Of a stretch of DNA of 64,000 nucleotides, positions 12,529 to 28,670 are shown piece by piece. Every line of letters starts with the position of its first letter. Position 1 is the first letter of the stretch. The position numbers and the translations under genes are program-made. The stretch spans positions 10,726,001 through 10,790,000 of the forward strand of contig NC_043010.1 in assembly GCF_006345805.1 (NCBI RefSeq), read 5' to 3'. The notes beneath the pieces were generated by a model. It searched no databases. It was given only the letters and a program-made list of their open reading frames with translations, and had not been told where the DNA came from. This DNA is from Octopus sinensis (lineage: Eukaryota).

Positions 12529-12890
12529 ATTAAGTACACATTAGCACTAACTTAGCTTTTATTCTCTTCTCTTTTACATAATATTATAGACATCTTTGAG
12601 TATCTCTGTTTCCTGCTACCATTTCACCATGGGCCCTGCACTTTTAAACTGTTTAGTAAGTTAGTAAACTGCATACCACCTCTACAACCTCTTCTAAATC
12701 ACCTAGCACACAGCTTTTCTCTTTTTATCACTCCGCCCTCCTTGCCATGTCTCAGCTTTCCTAGAGCTTACAATAACCCCCCTTTTTTTTATCAAGTAGT
12801 CCTTTTACAGAGTGTAAGACTCTCTAGAATTTCTTCTCAGCCCATGTTTTATTTATTTACTTATTTATTTATTTTTCATGTAACCTTCAA

Positions 12891-13308
12891 CAGGCGCAGG
12901 AGTGACTGTGTGGTAAGTAGCTTGTTTACCAACCACATGGTTCCGGGTTCAGTCCCACTGCGTGGCACCTTGGGCAAGTGACTTCTACTGTAGCCTTGGG
13001 CCTACCAAAGCCTTGTGAGTGGATTTGGTAGACGGAAACTGAAAGAAGCCTGTCGTATATATGTATATATATATATAAATGTGTGTGTATGTGTTTGTGT
13101 GTCTGTGTTTGTCCCCCTAGCATTGCTTGACAACCGATGCTGGTGTGTTTATGTCCCCATTACTTAGCAGTTCGGCAAAAAGGGACCGATAGGATAAGTA
13201 CTGGGCTTACAAAAAGAATAAGTCCCGGGGTCGAGTTGCTCGATTAAAGGCGGTGCTCCAGCATGGCCGCAGTCAAATGACTGAAACAAGTAAAAGAGTA
13301 AAAAAGTA
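12891..13308 (+). mobile_element. SINE-A
   Basis: Full copy. Confidence 0.9.
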
Positions 13309-13599
13309 ACCCATGAAGTACCCTCCATGTTGATCTTTGCTTTATATATTTAATCCTCAAACTACACATGCAGGACCCATTCTTTTGTTTCCTAAAGAAA
13401 ATCACATCAGTCACCATTAGTCCTAAATCTAATAAATATTGAACTGCCAAGCTATTGTACTTCCATAGCACTTCTGTCCCGCCTTTCTGGCTTTAAGCTG
13501 TTGTAAAATAAAGCATTCTTATATTTTGACTCAAAGAAAGTATCTCTATTCCCCACTCTTTTTCTCTCTCCCTCTCTTTCTTTATTTCTCAGTATATGT

Positions 13600-16160
<2,561 letters not shown>

Positions 16161-16577
16161 TAATATGTAAATAAATAAAATAAGAAACCAAGAAAAACGA
16201 TTGATTAAAGATATGTTTTTAAAGAGTTGTAAACATATTTTTTTATCATCATGAAATTGATAATTAATTTTCATATTTATCTCTTTATACCAAAAAAAAA
16301 ATAACAGATTTTGAAAACTGATAAAAAAAAATATTGCTTCACATTTAATTTTAGATAATCTTCAATAATAACAATAATAATAATAATAATAATGATACTG
16401 CTGCCGATGAGGATGATGACGATGATAATAATCCTTTCTACAATAGGCACAAGGCCTGAAATTTGATGGTTGGAGCTAGTTGATTACCTAGGTCTTGGTT
16501 ATAAACTGGTACTTATTTCATCAATGCCAAAAGGATGAAAGGCAAAGTCGACCTTGGTAGAATTCCTCCAATAATAA

Positions 16578-16908
16578 TAGGCGCAGGAGTGGCTGTGTGG
16601 TAAGTAGCTTGCTAACCAACCACATGGTTCCGGGCTCAGTCCCACTGTGTGGCATCTTGGGCAAGTATCTTCTGCTATAGCCCCGGGCTGACCAATGCCT
16701 TGTGAGTGGATTTGGTAGACGGAAACTGAAAGAATTGCTTGACAACTGATGCTGGTGTGTTTACGTCCCCGTCACTTAGCGGTTCGGCAAAAGAGACCGA
16801 TAGAATAAGTTACAAAGAATAAGTCCTGGGGTGGAGTTGCTCGACTAAAGGCGGTGCTCCAGCTTGGCCGCAGTCAAATGACTGAAACAAGTAAAAGAGT
16901 AAAAGAGA
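16578..16908 (+). mobile_element. SINE-A lacking the central microsatellite
   Basis: CTGAAAGA joined directly to ATTGCTTGACAAC; flanked by old SINE-B variants (16430-16565, 16975-17175). Confidence 0.85.
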
Positions 16909-17301
16909 ATGATAATAATAATAATAATAATAATAATGATAATAATGATAATAATGATAATGATGTTGATGATGATAAAAATCCTGAAATTTGTGGGGAG
17001 GGGACAAGCCGATTACATCGACCCCAGTGTTTCACTGGTACTTAATTCATTGACTCTGAAAGGATGAAAGTAAAGTCAACCTCAGTGGAATTTGATCTCA
17101 GAATCTAGCGATGGGTGAAAAACCGCTAAGCATTCTGCCCAGCATGCTAATGATTCTGCCAGCTCACCACCTAAAATAACAACAACAACAACAACAATAA
17201 TAATAATAATAGCAATAATAATAAACCGTTCCAGTTATTGTAGGTGCCCTAAGTATGATAAAAGAAAGGCATGTCAAAAACATCTAAAAACCTTGTGGGG
17301 C

Positions 17302-17412
17302 TTTTAGATGCTTTTGCTCAATAAACACACACAACGTCCGGTCTGGGAATCGAAACCACGATCCTCCGACCGCCACTCCACTGCCCTAACCACTGGGCCA
17401 TTGCACCTCCAC
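17302..17412 (-). mobile_element. SINE-C 5' fragment
   Basis: Reverse of GTGGAGGTGCAATGGCCCAGTGGTTAGGGCAG. Confidence 0.75.
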
Positions 17413-17618
17413 GACACTAGTATTTGAAAAGTATTTCATTAGGAACACCAGGGAGATGAAAGGCAAAAGTTGCTTCTGTTGAGTTTGAACTGAGAGTGGA
17501 ACAGATGCTGCAAGCAATTTACAAATTCTGCCAGTCCATCATTCTGAGTAATAATTTCCAATTTATGCAGAAAGCCAACAGTTTTGAGGGAAGGGGATAG
17601 TATTTTACAGGTATTTTA

Positions 17619-18018
17619 TAGGCGCAGGAGTGGCTGTGTGGTAAGTAGCTTGCTAACCAGCCACATGGTTCCGGGTTCAGTCCCACTGCATGGCATCTTG
17701 GGCAAGTGTCTTCTGCTATAGCCCCAGGCCAACCAATGCCTTGTGAGTGGATTTGGTAGACGGAAACTGAAAGAAGCCCGTTGTATATATGTATATATAT
17801 ATGTATGTGTTTGTGTGTTTGTGTTTGTCCCCCAAGCATTGCTTGACAACCGATGCTGGTGCGTTTACGTCCCTGTCACTTAGCGGTTCGGCAAAAGAGA
17901 CCGATAGAATAAGTACTGGGCTTACAAAGAATAAGTCCCGGGGTCGATTTGCTCGACTAAAGGCGGTGCTCCAGCATGGCCGCAGTCAAAATGACTGAAA
18001 CAAGTAAAAGAGTAAAGT
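17619..18018 (+). mobile_element. SINE-A
   Basis: Full copy. Confidence 0.9.
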
Positions 18019-18160
18019 ACATTTTTAGTTGAACTCTCTACTCCCACTATTAAAATTATAAAAGGAAAACCAGGTGAAAGGCATAATTGTTCTTCAGTGG
18101 GATTTCAGCACGGAATATAAGAACATAACTAAATACTACAAGGCACAACGGTATTATACT

Positions 18161-18357
18161 AAGGCGGCGAGCTGGCAGAAGCATTAGCACACCAGGCGAA
18201 ATGCTTAGCGGTATTTCGTCTGCGTTACGTTGTGAGTTAAAATTCCGCTGAGGTCAACTTTGCCTTTCATCCTTTCAGGGTCGATAAATTAAGTACCAGT
18301 TACGCACTGGGGTCGATGTCTGTCCTTGTTTGTCCCCTTGTGGGTAATAAAGAAATA
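18161..18357 (+). mobile_element. SINE-B
   Basis: TSD GGTATTATACT (18150-18160, 18358-18368); followed by an old B variant on minus (18370-18575). Confidence 0.85.
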
Positions 18358-18988
18358 GGTATTATACTTTCTGTCATAGGCACAAGGCCAGACATTTTGT
18401 GGGGGGGATAGTCAATTACATCAACGCCAGTATGCAACTGGTACTTACTTTATTGACCCTGGAATGAGGAAAGGCAAAATCAAACTCAGAGGAATTTGAA
18501 TTCAGACCATAAAGACAAATGAAATGCTGCTAAGCATTTTGCCTGGTGTGCTAATAATTATGCCAGCTCACAGCTTGACAAGACAAGATAATATTATAAA
18601 GACTATAAAAACTCTATTATTAAATCTCTTTTGGAATATCTCAAGGCACTCATTTAAGATTAAAGACAACTAGCAGACTACGTGTCATCAATAATGACAG
18701 CTAATTGTAGTATTTTATATATAAATAAGGTACATAATAATCACACATACAAGCATTCACATAATTCCCTTGTACATGCACACACATACACAACTCACAC
18801 AGAGTTGAAACGCTGATTTTTTTTCACCCCTTCTTTTCTCTTATTGCTATTACTTTCTCTCACTCCGTCTCAGTCAAGACTCTTACCCTCACTACTTCTC
18901 CTTCACTGAATTACTCTCACCACTTCTCCTTCACTGAATTACTCTTTTCTCTCCTCCATGTCCAGCATGATTCTGGACAAATATATAT

Positions 18989-19185
18989 ACTCTTTTACTC
19001 TTTTACTTGTTTCAGTCATTTTGACTGCGGCCATGCTGGAGCACCGCCTTTAGTCGAGCAAATCGACCCCGGAACTTATTCGTTGTAAGCCCAGTACTTA
19101 TTCTATCGGTCTCTTTTGCTGAACCGCTAAGTGATGGCGACGTAAACACACCAGCATCGGTTGTCAAGCAATGCTAGGGGGACAA

Positions 19186-19224
<39 letters not shown>

Positions 19225-19387
19225 CATATATACGACAGGCTTCTTTCAGTTTCTGTCTACCAAATCCACTCACAAGGCATTGGTCGGCCCGGGGCTATAG
19301 CAGAAGACACTTGCCCAAGATGCCACGCAGTGGGACTGAACCCAGAACCATGTGATTTGTTAGCAAGCTACTTACCACACAGCCTAT
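18989..19387 (-). mobile_element. SINE-A
   Basis: Reverse copy with a small head deletion. Confidence 0.88.
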
Positions 19388-20129
19388 ATTTACAAATAAA
19401 AAAAAAATACTACGCTCATTATTATATTTGGAGATAGCATGTAAATATTGTGTTGTGAAACCTTTTGGGACAAAAATGTCAAAGCCTGCCCATAGAACTT
19501 GAACCCACATCTCCTGTAAGACATGACAAGTTTTCTACCATTGTACCAAAGCAATTTTTGATTGTTAATAACAATAATATATCCTTTATTATTTTTTTTA
19601 TCAAGTTAATACCTCTATTAATAGTCATTGAACTATGAACATGTTGGCCGTTTAAATGGTTTTGTTTGTTGCTGAGGAATGGAGTATTCCACTATTCAAG
19701 CACAATCAAGGGGCCATACATAGTCCATGTTGAAAAAAATACAATATGTATTGTAATGGCAATGTGATAATCAAATTATAAACAAAGAAAAAGGCTTTAT
19801 AATAGCTCAATAGTTCTTTGCTGTTGGTGAATATACAGAATAAAGTTGTTGATCTGTAGTGTTCTGCTATTGGCTTTTGATAGGATAATTGGATATAGAT
19901 GTGTATGTGCGTGTGCGTGTGTGTGTGTGTGTGTGCATGTGTGTGCATGTGTGTGTCAGTGTCGGTGTAACTGTCTGTGTCTGTTTCTGTGTAAGCACAA
20001 AAGCACAATAGAAATTTTTTTTTAATGGGCTTTCAATATCTGCGTATTTATATATATATATCTAATTGAGTGTGTATTTGCACGTACATGTGTGTATGCT
20101 TGTGTGCATGTGTGTGTTTCTGATTCTAT

Positions 20130-20458
20130 ATGAATGAAAATATAATATAAATATATATCAGTATGTATGTGTGTGTGTATATGTATGTATATATATTATA
20201 TATATATATATATAATCTATATATGTACTGTTTGTATATATATGTATGTATATGTCCGTTTGTATATATATGTATATATATGTCTGTTTGTATATATATG
20301 TATATATATGTCTGTTTATATATATATGTATGTATATGTCCGTTTGTATATATATGTATATATATGTCTGTTTGTATATATATGTATATATATGTCTGTT
20401 TGTATATATATGTATGTATATGTCCGTTTGTATATATATGTATATATATGTCTGTTTG

Positions 20459-20494
<36 letters not shown>

Positions 20495-20520
20495 TACATA
20501 TATAGACTGATACATATATT

Positions 20521-20552
<32 letters not shown>

Positions 20553-20719
20553 TATATATGTGTGTGTATGTGTAAGCTGCAGTGTGTGTGCATAAATCAT
20601 ATCTGTATGTATACATGTACATATGTACATATATTTACATACATACATGCACACATGTACGTATGTATGTATGTATGACCTGGCTTTAAGACTAATGATC
20701 AAGAAAAGATGTATATACA

Positions 20720-20751
<32 letters not shown>

Positions 20752-20790
20752 TGTGTGTGTGTGTGTGTGAGGGAGAGAGAGTGTGTGTGT
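20130..20790. repeat. Microsatellite-derived minisatellite (units ending ATGTC(C/T)GTTTGTATA) plus TA/TG/GA runs
   Basis: Regular ~24-30-bp higher-order units at 20225-20465. Confidence 0.85.
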
Positions 20791-21085
20791 ATGTGTGTAT
20801 CTATATGGTGACCAGTTTTTCTTCTACACATTATATTGAATATACAACTCTATTTTACATTTTTTTTTTTTTAGTTTCAGCTCATGAGCTGTGGCCATGC
20901 TGGGGCAAACCTTCTATTAAGCTTTTTCTTTCTCTTTTTTTTTTATAATTGAAGCGTAGAATAAACTGCTTGCATTGGTTGTAAGCTATTAGGACACTGC
21001 ATCCTTAAAAAATTCTGGGCTTCCTAAGATTTGCTGACATGACTCCTTACATAGCTTGGCATCCTTTCGTCTGTATAGCTTTTCT

Positions 21086-21496
21086 GCTCTTTTACTCTTT
21101 TACTTGTTTCAGTCATTTGACTACGGCCATGCTGGAGCACCACCTTTAGTCGACCAAATCGACCCTGGGACTTATTTTTTGTAAGCCCAGTGCTTATTCT
21201 ATCGGTCACTTTTTTTGCCGAACTGCTAAGTGACGGGGACGTAAACACACCAGCATCGGTTGTCAAGCAATGCTAGGGGGACAAACACAGACACACAAAC
21301 ACACACACACATATATATATATACATATATATGATGGACTTCTTTCAGTTTCTGTCTACCAAATCCACTCACAAGGCATTGGTCGGCCCGGGGCTATAGC
21401 AGAAGACACTTGCCCAAGAAGCCATGCAGTGGGACTGAACCCGGAACCATGTGGCTGATTAGCAAGCTACTTACCACACAGCCACTCCTGTGCCTA
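21086..21496 (-). mobile_element. SINE-A
   Basis: Full reverse copy; TSD-like CTTTTCTG. Confidence 0.9.
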
Positions 21497-21880
21497 CTTT
21501 TCTGTCTTTTCATGTACTGCATATGCACTTTTGGCTTTCATCGCTGTCTTTCTTTATTTGATTTATTGATGCTTTCTGTCTCCACTTTTACCATTTTTGA
21601 TGAGTTGTTGTGTATTTGAGTATTATATCGAATAAGCTCAGTTGATCTGGTTGACTCACTAGCACACAGGCAAAAGTGCTCAACGGCATTTCTTCTGCTT
21701 TATGTTCTGCATTCAAATTCCACGAAGGCTGACTTTGCATTTCATGAATTAAAAAAGAAGAAAAAAACCAAGCTGAGGTAAATAAAACAGAAACCAGCTG
21801 AGCAGTGGGTCCTGGTTATTAACGAGTTACTTCTCCAAAATTTCAAGCCTTGTGCCTACAGTAGAAAGATAAGAAAATTA

Positions 21881-22937
21881 ATAGGCATGGCTGTGTAAGT
21901 AGCTTGCTTACCAACCACATGGTTCTGGGTTCAGTCCCACTGTGTAGCACCTTGGGCAAATGTCTTCTACCGTAGCCTTAAGCAGACCAAAGCCTTATGG
22001 GTGGATTTGGCAAACAGAAACTGAAAGAAGCCTGTTGTATATTAGTATGCTCTGCTGGATGTGTAATGTCAGTGTGCCTACATAACAGAGTGTAAGCACC
22101 CAGAGAGAAAAGTGGGACATAAGAAGCATCAGATGTATTGTGCAAGAGAAACGGCTGCTCTGGCATGGTCAAGTGTTGTGTATGGATGAGGACAGCTGTG
22201 TGAAAGGTGTCACACCCTAGCAGTAGTGGGAACCTGAGGAAGAGGTAGACCCAGGAAGACCTGGGATAAGGTAGTGAAGCTTGACCTTTGAACGCTGGGT
22301 CTCACAGAGGCGATGACATGTAACTGAGACCTTTGGAGACATGCTGTGCTTGGGAAGACCCGGCAAGCCAAGTGAGACCATGACTATGGCCTATACCAGT
22401 GCAGCATAACTGGCCCATTTAAGAGTACCCTTCAATCATTGGGCAATATACTATGCTTGTGAAGACCTGTTGGGCCAAGTGAAGTCATTGTTGTAGCTGA
22501 TGCCAGTACCACCTGACTGACCTCATGCTGATGGCATGTAAAAAGCACCCACTACACTCTCAGAGTGGTTTGTGTTGGGAAGGGCATCCAGCTGTAGAAA
22601 CCTTGCCAGATCAGATTGGGGCCTGGTACAGCCTTTTGGCCTGCCAGCCCTCAGTCAAACTATCCCACCCATACCAGCATGGAAAGCAAACGTTAAATGA
22701 CGATGGTGATGATGACATGTATATGTCTGTGTGTCTGTGTTTGTGTTCCCAACATCGCTTGACAACCGATGCTGGTGTGTTTACGTCCCCGTAACTTAGC
22801 AGTTCGGCAAAAGAGACCGATAGAATAAGTACTAGGCTTACAAAGAATAAGTCCTGGGGTCGATTTGCTCGACTAAAGGCGGTGCTCCAGCATGGCCGCA
22901 GTCAAATGACTGAAACAAGTAAAAGAGTAAAAGAGTA
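21881..22937 (+). mobile_element. SINE-A split by an RTE insertion in its microsatellite
   Basis: 5' half 21881-22042, 3' half ~22720-22937. Confidence 0.8.
22045..22715 (+). pseudogene. RTE-clade LINE ORF2 C-terminus plus 3' UTR (5'-truncated)
   Basis: Broken translation ..EKRLLWHGQVLCMDEDSCVK..GRGRPRKTWDKVVKLDL.. fits the RTE RLRWYGHV..RGRPRKTW motif; ends in (GAT)n-like tail. Confidence 0.8.
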
Positions 22938-23156
22938 ATAAAGCAACTGCTGTTTACTACAGAAATATTGAATGAGTTAGTAAAAGATAGTATGGCATGC
23001 CAACAACTTTCTGATTCTGGAATTTAAATGGAAAGAGCTGAAGTATGTAATTGATGATAAATATAACACTCAAGAGCAGAGTGCTCCATGGGTTTTCCTG
23101 GGTTAAGGCTGGGGAGTTGGTTCTTACAAGTTCTTGTGAGAAAAAATTCATAAAAA

Positions 23157-23536
23157 TCTCTCTCTATATAAACGGCAGTTTGTCTGTGCGTGTTTCTGTG
23201 TGTCTGTTTGCTTGTACCCTCACGCTGACCACGGCTTTCAACCGATTCTGATGAAACTTGACACACACATAGCCCAATGTCATAATTCAAAACTAACGCA
23301 GCGAAAATTTTGAAAAGTTCCCCCAGTTCTGAAAAAAATCGATGAATTCGACATGGGGTCGAGAATCACAAACACAAACCGCAAACTGTCTAGGGGACGC
23401 GACTCCACCTTTTTAACTAAAAAAAATTTACCATCATTTTTTTCCATTTTTTTGCTATTTTTTGGCTATAACTCTCTAAAAATGCTTTATAGTTATTTCC
23501 CTTACAAACCTGAGCAACGCCGGGCGATACTGCTAG
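23157..23536 (+). mobile_element. Non-autonomous Helitron, subfamily 2
   Basis: A|TC start, ..GAGCAACGCCGGGCGATACTGCTAG|T end. Confidence 0.8.
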
Positions 23537-23991
23537 TATTGTATAAAAATAGAGGGACCGTAAAAGAAAAAAAAAATACATGCCTTATCACTGCCAGTTT
23601 TTGTTCTATTTTTTTTCTTGCAGTTTGCAAGAATTCTTATGGAACAAAAAATTGCAAACATCTTGGGCTTTGTCCAAATTCATCAATCACTTTTCAAATA
23701 ACTCTACATTCCTTCTTAAAGTCCTTTCCTCGATGAACACTCCATTATGCACACTGCTGCAGAAAAAAACATTTATCTTGTATTGTTTCTTCTGGTTCAG
23801 TCATAGAATTCGTGGCACAAGTATAATTACATGTAAAATGAGAGCACTATTATGAATTGCAACTTGATCTAAAATTATGGTTTCATGACTTCAGTATCGT
23901 TATCAAAACAGTGCTGGGAAAATATTTTATGATGGAAGGCCAAATTACATTGTAGTTAACTACCATCTGACAAGGTTGCATTTAAAAAAAA

Positions 23992-24323
23992 ATACTTTAT
24001 CCTGTTAACCCTCAGTTATTCTATAAAATACAATAATTCATTAAATTGTCAGCAAAATGTAAACAAATTTTAAGTTACCCTAAAGTTCGAAAAAGCAAAC
24101 TTTTTCATGACAGAGAATGCTTAAATATATGTCCTCAGTTATTGCTGGAAAGGGGAAATACTTTATCCTCTTAAGCCTCACTTATTCTATAAAATACAAT
24201 GATTTATTAAATTGTCAGCAAAATGTAAACAAATTTTAAGTTACCCTAAATTTTGAAAAAGCAAACTTTTTCATGACAGAGAATGCTTAAATATATGTAC
24301 TCAGTTATTGCTAGAAAGAGGAA
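23992..24323. repeat. Tandem duplication, 2 x 166 bp
   Basis: ATACTTTATCCT.. restarts at 24158; about 90% identical. Confidence 0.9.
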
Positions 24324-24494
24324 AGATATGTCCTAAATCATAAAGTGTGCAGGCAACAGTTCACATTTACATATATGAAATATACTTTTATGTGTAGATA
24401 AATAAATAAAAATGGTCTGTCTAAAATGCTTAATTATTTGAAAAGAGAAGCTTCAAAAATAAAATTAGCCTTCGAAAAATATATTCCAATAACT

Positions 24495-24660
24495 ATAGGC
24501 GCAGGAGTGGCTGTGTGGTATGTAGCTTGTTTACCAACCACATGGTTCCGGGTTCAGTCCCACTGTGTGACATCTTGGGCAAGTGTCTTCTACTATAGCC
24601 TCAGGCCGACCAAAGCCTTGTGAGTGGATTTGGTAGACGGAAACTGAAAAGAAGCCCATC

Positions 24661-24725
<65 letters not shown>

Positions 24726-24941
24726 ATTTGCGTGTGTTTGTGTGTCTGTGTTTGTCTCCCCAACATCGCTTGACAACCGATGCTGGTGTGTTTACGTCCC
24801 CGTAACTTAGCGGTTTGGCAAAAGAGGCTGATAGAAGAAGTTCTAGGCTTCCAAAGAATAAGACCTGGGGTCGATTTCCTCGACTAAAGGCGGTGCTCCA
24901 GCATGGCCGCAGTCAAATGACTGAAACAAGTAAAAGAGTAA
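24495..24941 (+). mobile_element. SINE-A (CCCAACATCGC subtype)
   Basis: Full copy. Confidence 0.9.
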
Positions 24942-25052
24942 AAAAACAGAGAGAGAGAGTATAACGTTATTCCTCCTGAAGCTTATGGTTTTTAGTAAAC
25001 CACAGGTTCTCTACTCCCATTCTAAAATCACAGTCTGTGTGACATGAATACC

Positions 25053-25287
25053 TATTTCTTTACTACCCACAAGGTGGCTAAACACAGAGGGGACAAACAA
25101 GGACAGACAAACAGATTGAGTCGATTACATCAACCTCCAGTGTGTAACTGGTACTTATTTAATCAATCCTGAAAGGATGAAAAGCAATGTCAACCTCAGT
25201 GGAATTTGAACTCAGAACGTAGCCGCAGACGAAATACCACAAAGCATTTCACCTGGCATGCTAACGTTTCTGCCAGCTCACCACCTT
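25053..25287 (-). mobile_element. SINE-B
   Basis: TSD TGTGTGACA(T/G)GAATACC. Confidence 0.85.
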
Positions 25288-26153
25288 GTGTGACAGGAAT
25301 ACCATTATCAGTCAAAACAGACATGGGTAACTTTTTTCAAGACATTATTATATGCATGTATATATAATGTCATGTTCATGTCCTGAGGTATAATATTAAA
25401 CTGATTCCAGTGGTGAGGCTCCAGTTCAGAAGTGTGGGAGTTGTGAGAAGCATGGCAGCACTCCTTAATTACCATAACTCCCATGTTCCTTCTGATCCAG
25501 AACGGTTGTACCTGTGAGGATCCCGTCTATGGTTTAAACAGAGTTTTGTAAGGGTAGAGTAAGTTCTTTAGCTTCCAGTCACAAAGCTTTGGACAACTCA
25601 CAGCTACAGTGGAAGACTCTTGCCTAAGGTACCGTGCAGTGGTAATGAACCTGAAACCACGAGGATGGGAAGCAAACTTAGCCACACAGCCACACCATGG
25701 CAGAGTTATTAGACTATTGCTTAGAAGGCCTTGTTCTTTTTGTTCTGCCTCAGTCTGCTCACAGCTCCAATCCTGCTGAGGTCAACTTTGTCAATCCTCA
25801 TTCCGGGTCACTAAATACACAACTAGTCAGGTACTAGAATTCTTTCTTACTTTCTCTCTCCTTCTCTTTTTCCTTCACACTTTCTCTTTGCCTTATCTGC
25901 ACTGAGATAAAGGTCATGGCAGAATCGTCACACCGCTTCTTTCTCCCGGAATAGAGAAGCATTTAGGATTGGGCTATCAAACACTTCTAAAATGAAGAAA
26001 GCTATGCTACAGAATTCGTCCAGGGAGAGCTTGATGTGCAGCACAGCATGGAATGACAATGAATTAATAAATAAATAAATAAATGTGCATGTGTGTGTGT
26101 GTGCATGCACATTCATATGTGCATGTGCATATGTGTGAGTATATATATATATA

Positions 26154-26231
<78 letters not shown>

Positions 26232-26755
26232 TGTTTACTTTTTATCAATAATTCAATAATACCTTTGTGAACATCGCTACTCTCATTACTGTGCTATTGA
26301 AATCAATAGCTCTAATTACCCATCAACAGAGACTTCTGATTATGAAAATCAACAATTGACTTTATTGCATTTGCATGAGATATTTTGTAGTCGTGGATGG
26401 AGAGGATGTACGCATGAGTGTCAGTTTTGATGGATGCATGTATATGTGTGTGTGAGTATATGTGTATGTATGTGACTGTATGTGAGTGTTTGCATGTCAG
26501 AGCTTGCGTATATATGTGTACAGGCAAAGAGGAAGTAAAGAAACTTCTATTGCTACTGAGAAACCATTGACCATAGAAGATGTATAGATATATGAAGAAT
26601 AAACTCAGCACAAAGAATCTAATAAAGGAAGACTTAGAACACTGAATCAAAAGTTTGGACTATCTATTTACTTAATTGACTACGAGGGCAAACAATATCT
26701 GAGTTATGAAAATCCCCAATAATTAGCTTTTTTTTAATGATATTACAGTAGCTCG

Positions 26756-27134
26756 GTGGAGGCGCAATGGCCCAGTGGTTAGGGCAGCGGATTCGCGGAC
26801 GTAGGTTTCGATTCCCAGACCGGGCATTGTGAGCGTTTATTGAGCGAAAACACCTAAAACTCCATGAGGCTCTGGCAGAGGATGGTGGTGATCCCTGCTG
26901 TACTCTTTCACCACAACTTTCTCTCACTCTTACTTCCTGTTTCTGTTGTACCTGTATTTCAAAGGGCCGGCCTTGTCACTCTCTGTGTCACGCTGAATAT
27001 CCCCGAGAACTACGTTAAGGGTGCACGTGTCTGTGGAGTGCTCAGCCACTTACACGTTAATTTCACGAGCAGGCTGTTCCGTTGATTCGGAACAACCGGA
27101 ACCCTCATCATCGTAACCGACGGAGTGCTTCCAT
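26756..27134 (+). mobile_element. SINE-C with tail 1
   Basis: Full copy; TSD ACAGT(A/G)GCTC. Confidence 0.85.
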
Positions 27135-27336
27135 CACAGTGGCTCATCTTACTGCCCTCCTCTGAAGCAGCTTAAAGGATGGACTGAAATAAACTTCCGA
27201 ATTCTTAATTTTTATTGTTTTCAGTCTTTCCAATTAAAAATGATTACCATCCAAAAGTTGGTGTGACCCTTTTCTCTCTCCAGTGGTCATGTCATCAGTG
27301 GTTCACTAGATCAAGGGTGGAATGTCAAGTGGATGC

Positions 27337-27566
27337 TTAACCCTTTTGAGACCAACCCGGCTGAAACCACATCTGGCTCTGTATTACAAATGTCTTATTT
27401 TCAAATGTTCTGAATTAAAATTTTCCACCAAACTTTAGCCACAATTTATGTTCCTAACACCAGCTTAATGATAACTAAGTTATTTCACTAAATTCTTTGT
27501 TGTATTTAAAATTAATTGAAAGCAACACAGAGCATCTCAAAAAAAATACGGTAACGAAAGGGTTAA
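27337..27566. mobile_element. piggyBac-type MITE (family 1)
   Basis: TTAA-CCCTTTTGAGACC...GGTAACGAAAGGG-TTAA; second copy at 40869. Confidence 0.75.
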
Positions 27567-27807
27567 GCCTGCTTGTGATTACATATTCCCCTAAAACAAT
27601 TAGGGAAAACAGGGCACAGGCTGACAGGTCATATTTGCTTGTGAGTGATGGATTTGGTTTTATAGTCTGGCATCAATTTCCACCATCAAAACGGCTACAT
27701 TTTGTGGAATTCAGTTTCAGAACTGTGTGACAAGTAATGCCCCTTTTGAAATATTGCTCCTGTTGCTCAATTTAAATGCTTTTATTTCAGGAATAAAATA
27801 TATATAA

Positions 27808-28204
27808 CTAGCAGTGTCGCCCGGCGTTGCTCGGGTTTGTAAGGGAAATAACTATATAAGCATTTTTAGAGAGTTATAGCCAAAAAATAGCAAAAAAATG
27901 CATTAAAATGGAAAAAAATGATGGTAAATTTTTTTTTAAAATCGTTGACTCATCGTAGACATTTTTAGAGAGTTACTTCCCTTATATAATAGCGAAAAAA
28001 TGCATTAAAATGGAAAAAAATGATGGTAAATTTTTTTTTAAATCGTAGACTCATCGTAGACGCGCACTAATACCCAGAAGGGCTCGATATGAATCACGAC
28101 TATAAGATACCCGGTTTTGGTTAAACTGCACCGCAAAATGTGGGAGTAGTTAGGAATCTAAATCGTAGGAGACAGACACACAACCTCTCTTTTATATATA
28201 AGGA
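27808..28204 (-). mobile_element. Non-autonomous Helitron, subfamily 1
   Basis: Reverse complement of 5592-5992, with CTAG end and hairpin. Confidence 0.8.
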
Positions 28205-28354
28205 TTGTAGTGTAATATTATGAGAGACATTCTGGGTCTCACATGATGTCATTTTTTTCAGTAGACTTAGACAATCGGATTAGAGGTTCCACAGGCTGAT
28301 TAAGTGCTGCACTAGCTGCCGTCTAATACCTATGATCTGAATGAGAAAAAATAT

Positions 28355-28670
28355 GGTTCTTTATTAGCCACACAGGGCTGCACACAGATGGGACAGATTA
28401 CAAAGTAGAGCTTTTCTTTTTGGGGGAGAGAAAAAAAAAAAATGTGGGGTAGGTTTTCGATCAAAAGGGATCGTAAAAGGGAAAGAAGAAAGAAAAAAAG
28501 GGAAAAGAAACAAAAGAAGAAAAAAAACGATCAATAAGGATCGTGTATCACAGTGTCATAATGTAAGGTGTAAGGGGGGAAGCAGATAAGGTTTATCCGT
28601 GCGAAGAAAAGCCCACAGAAAAGACCACGATAACCTCGGTCAATATTGTTACATGTTACCACATTTGTTT
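28355..28670 (-). mobile_element. Probable LINE (Tx1-like) 3' UTR
   Basis: Minus strand is pyrimidine-rich and ends GCCCTGTGTGGCTAATAAAGAA; family assignment from recollection only. Confidence 0.4.

Noticed and set aside
25370-25530. Apparent minus-strand exon CAG|GTACAACC..TATG|GTAATT
   Set aside because: Resembles a degraded interspersed repeat tail (from recollection); no supporting neighbours
26254-26326. Minus-strand segment with acceptor and donor signals
   Set aside because: Stops in all three frames and no paralogue or other support
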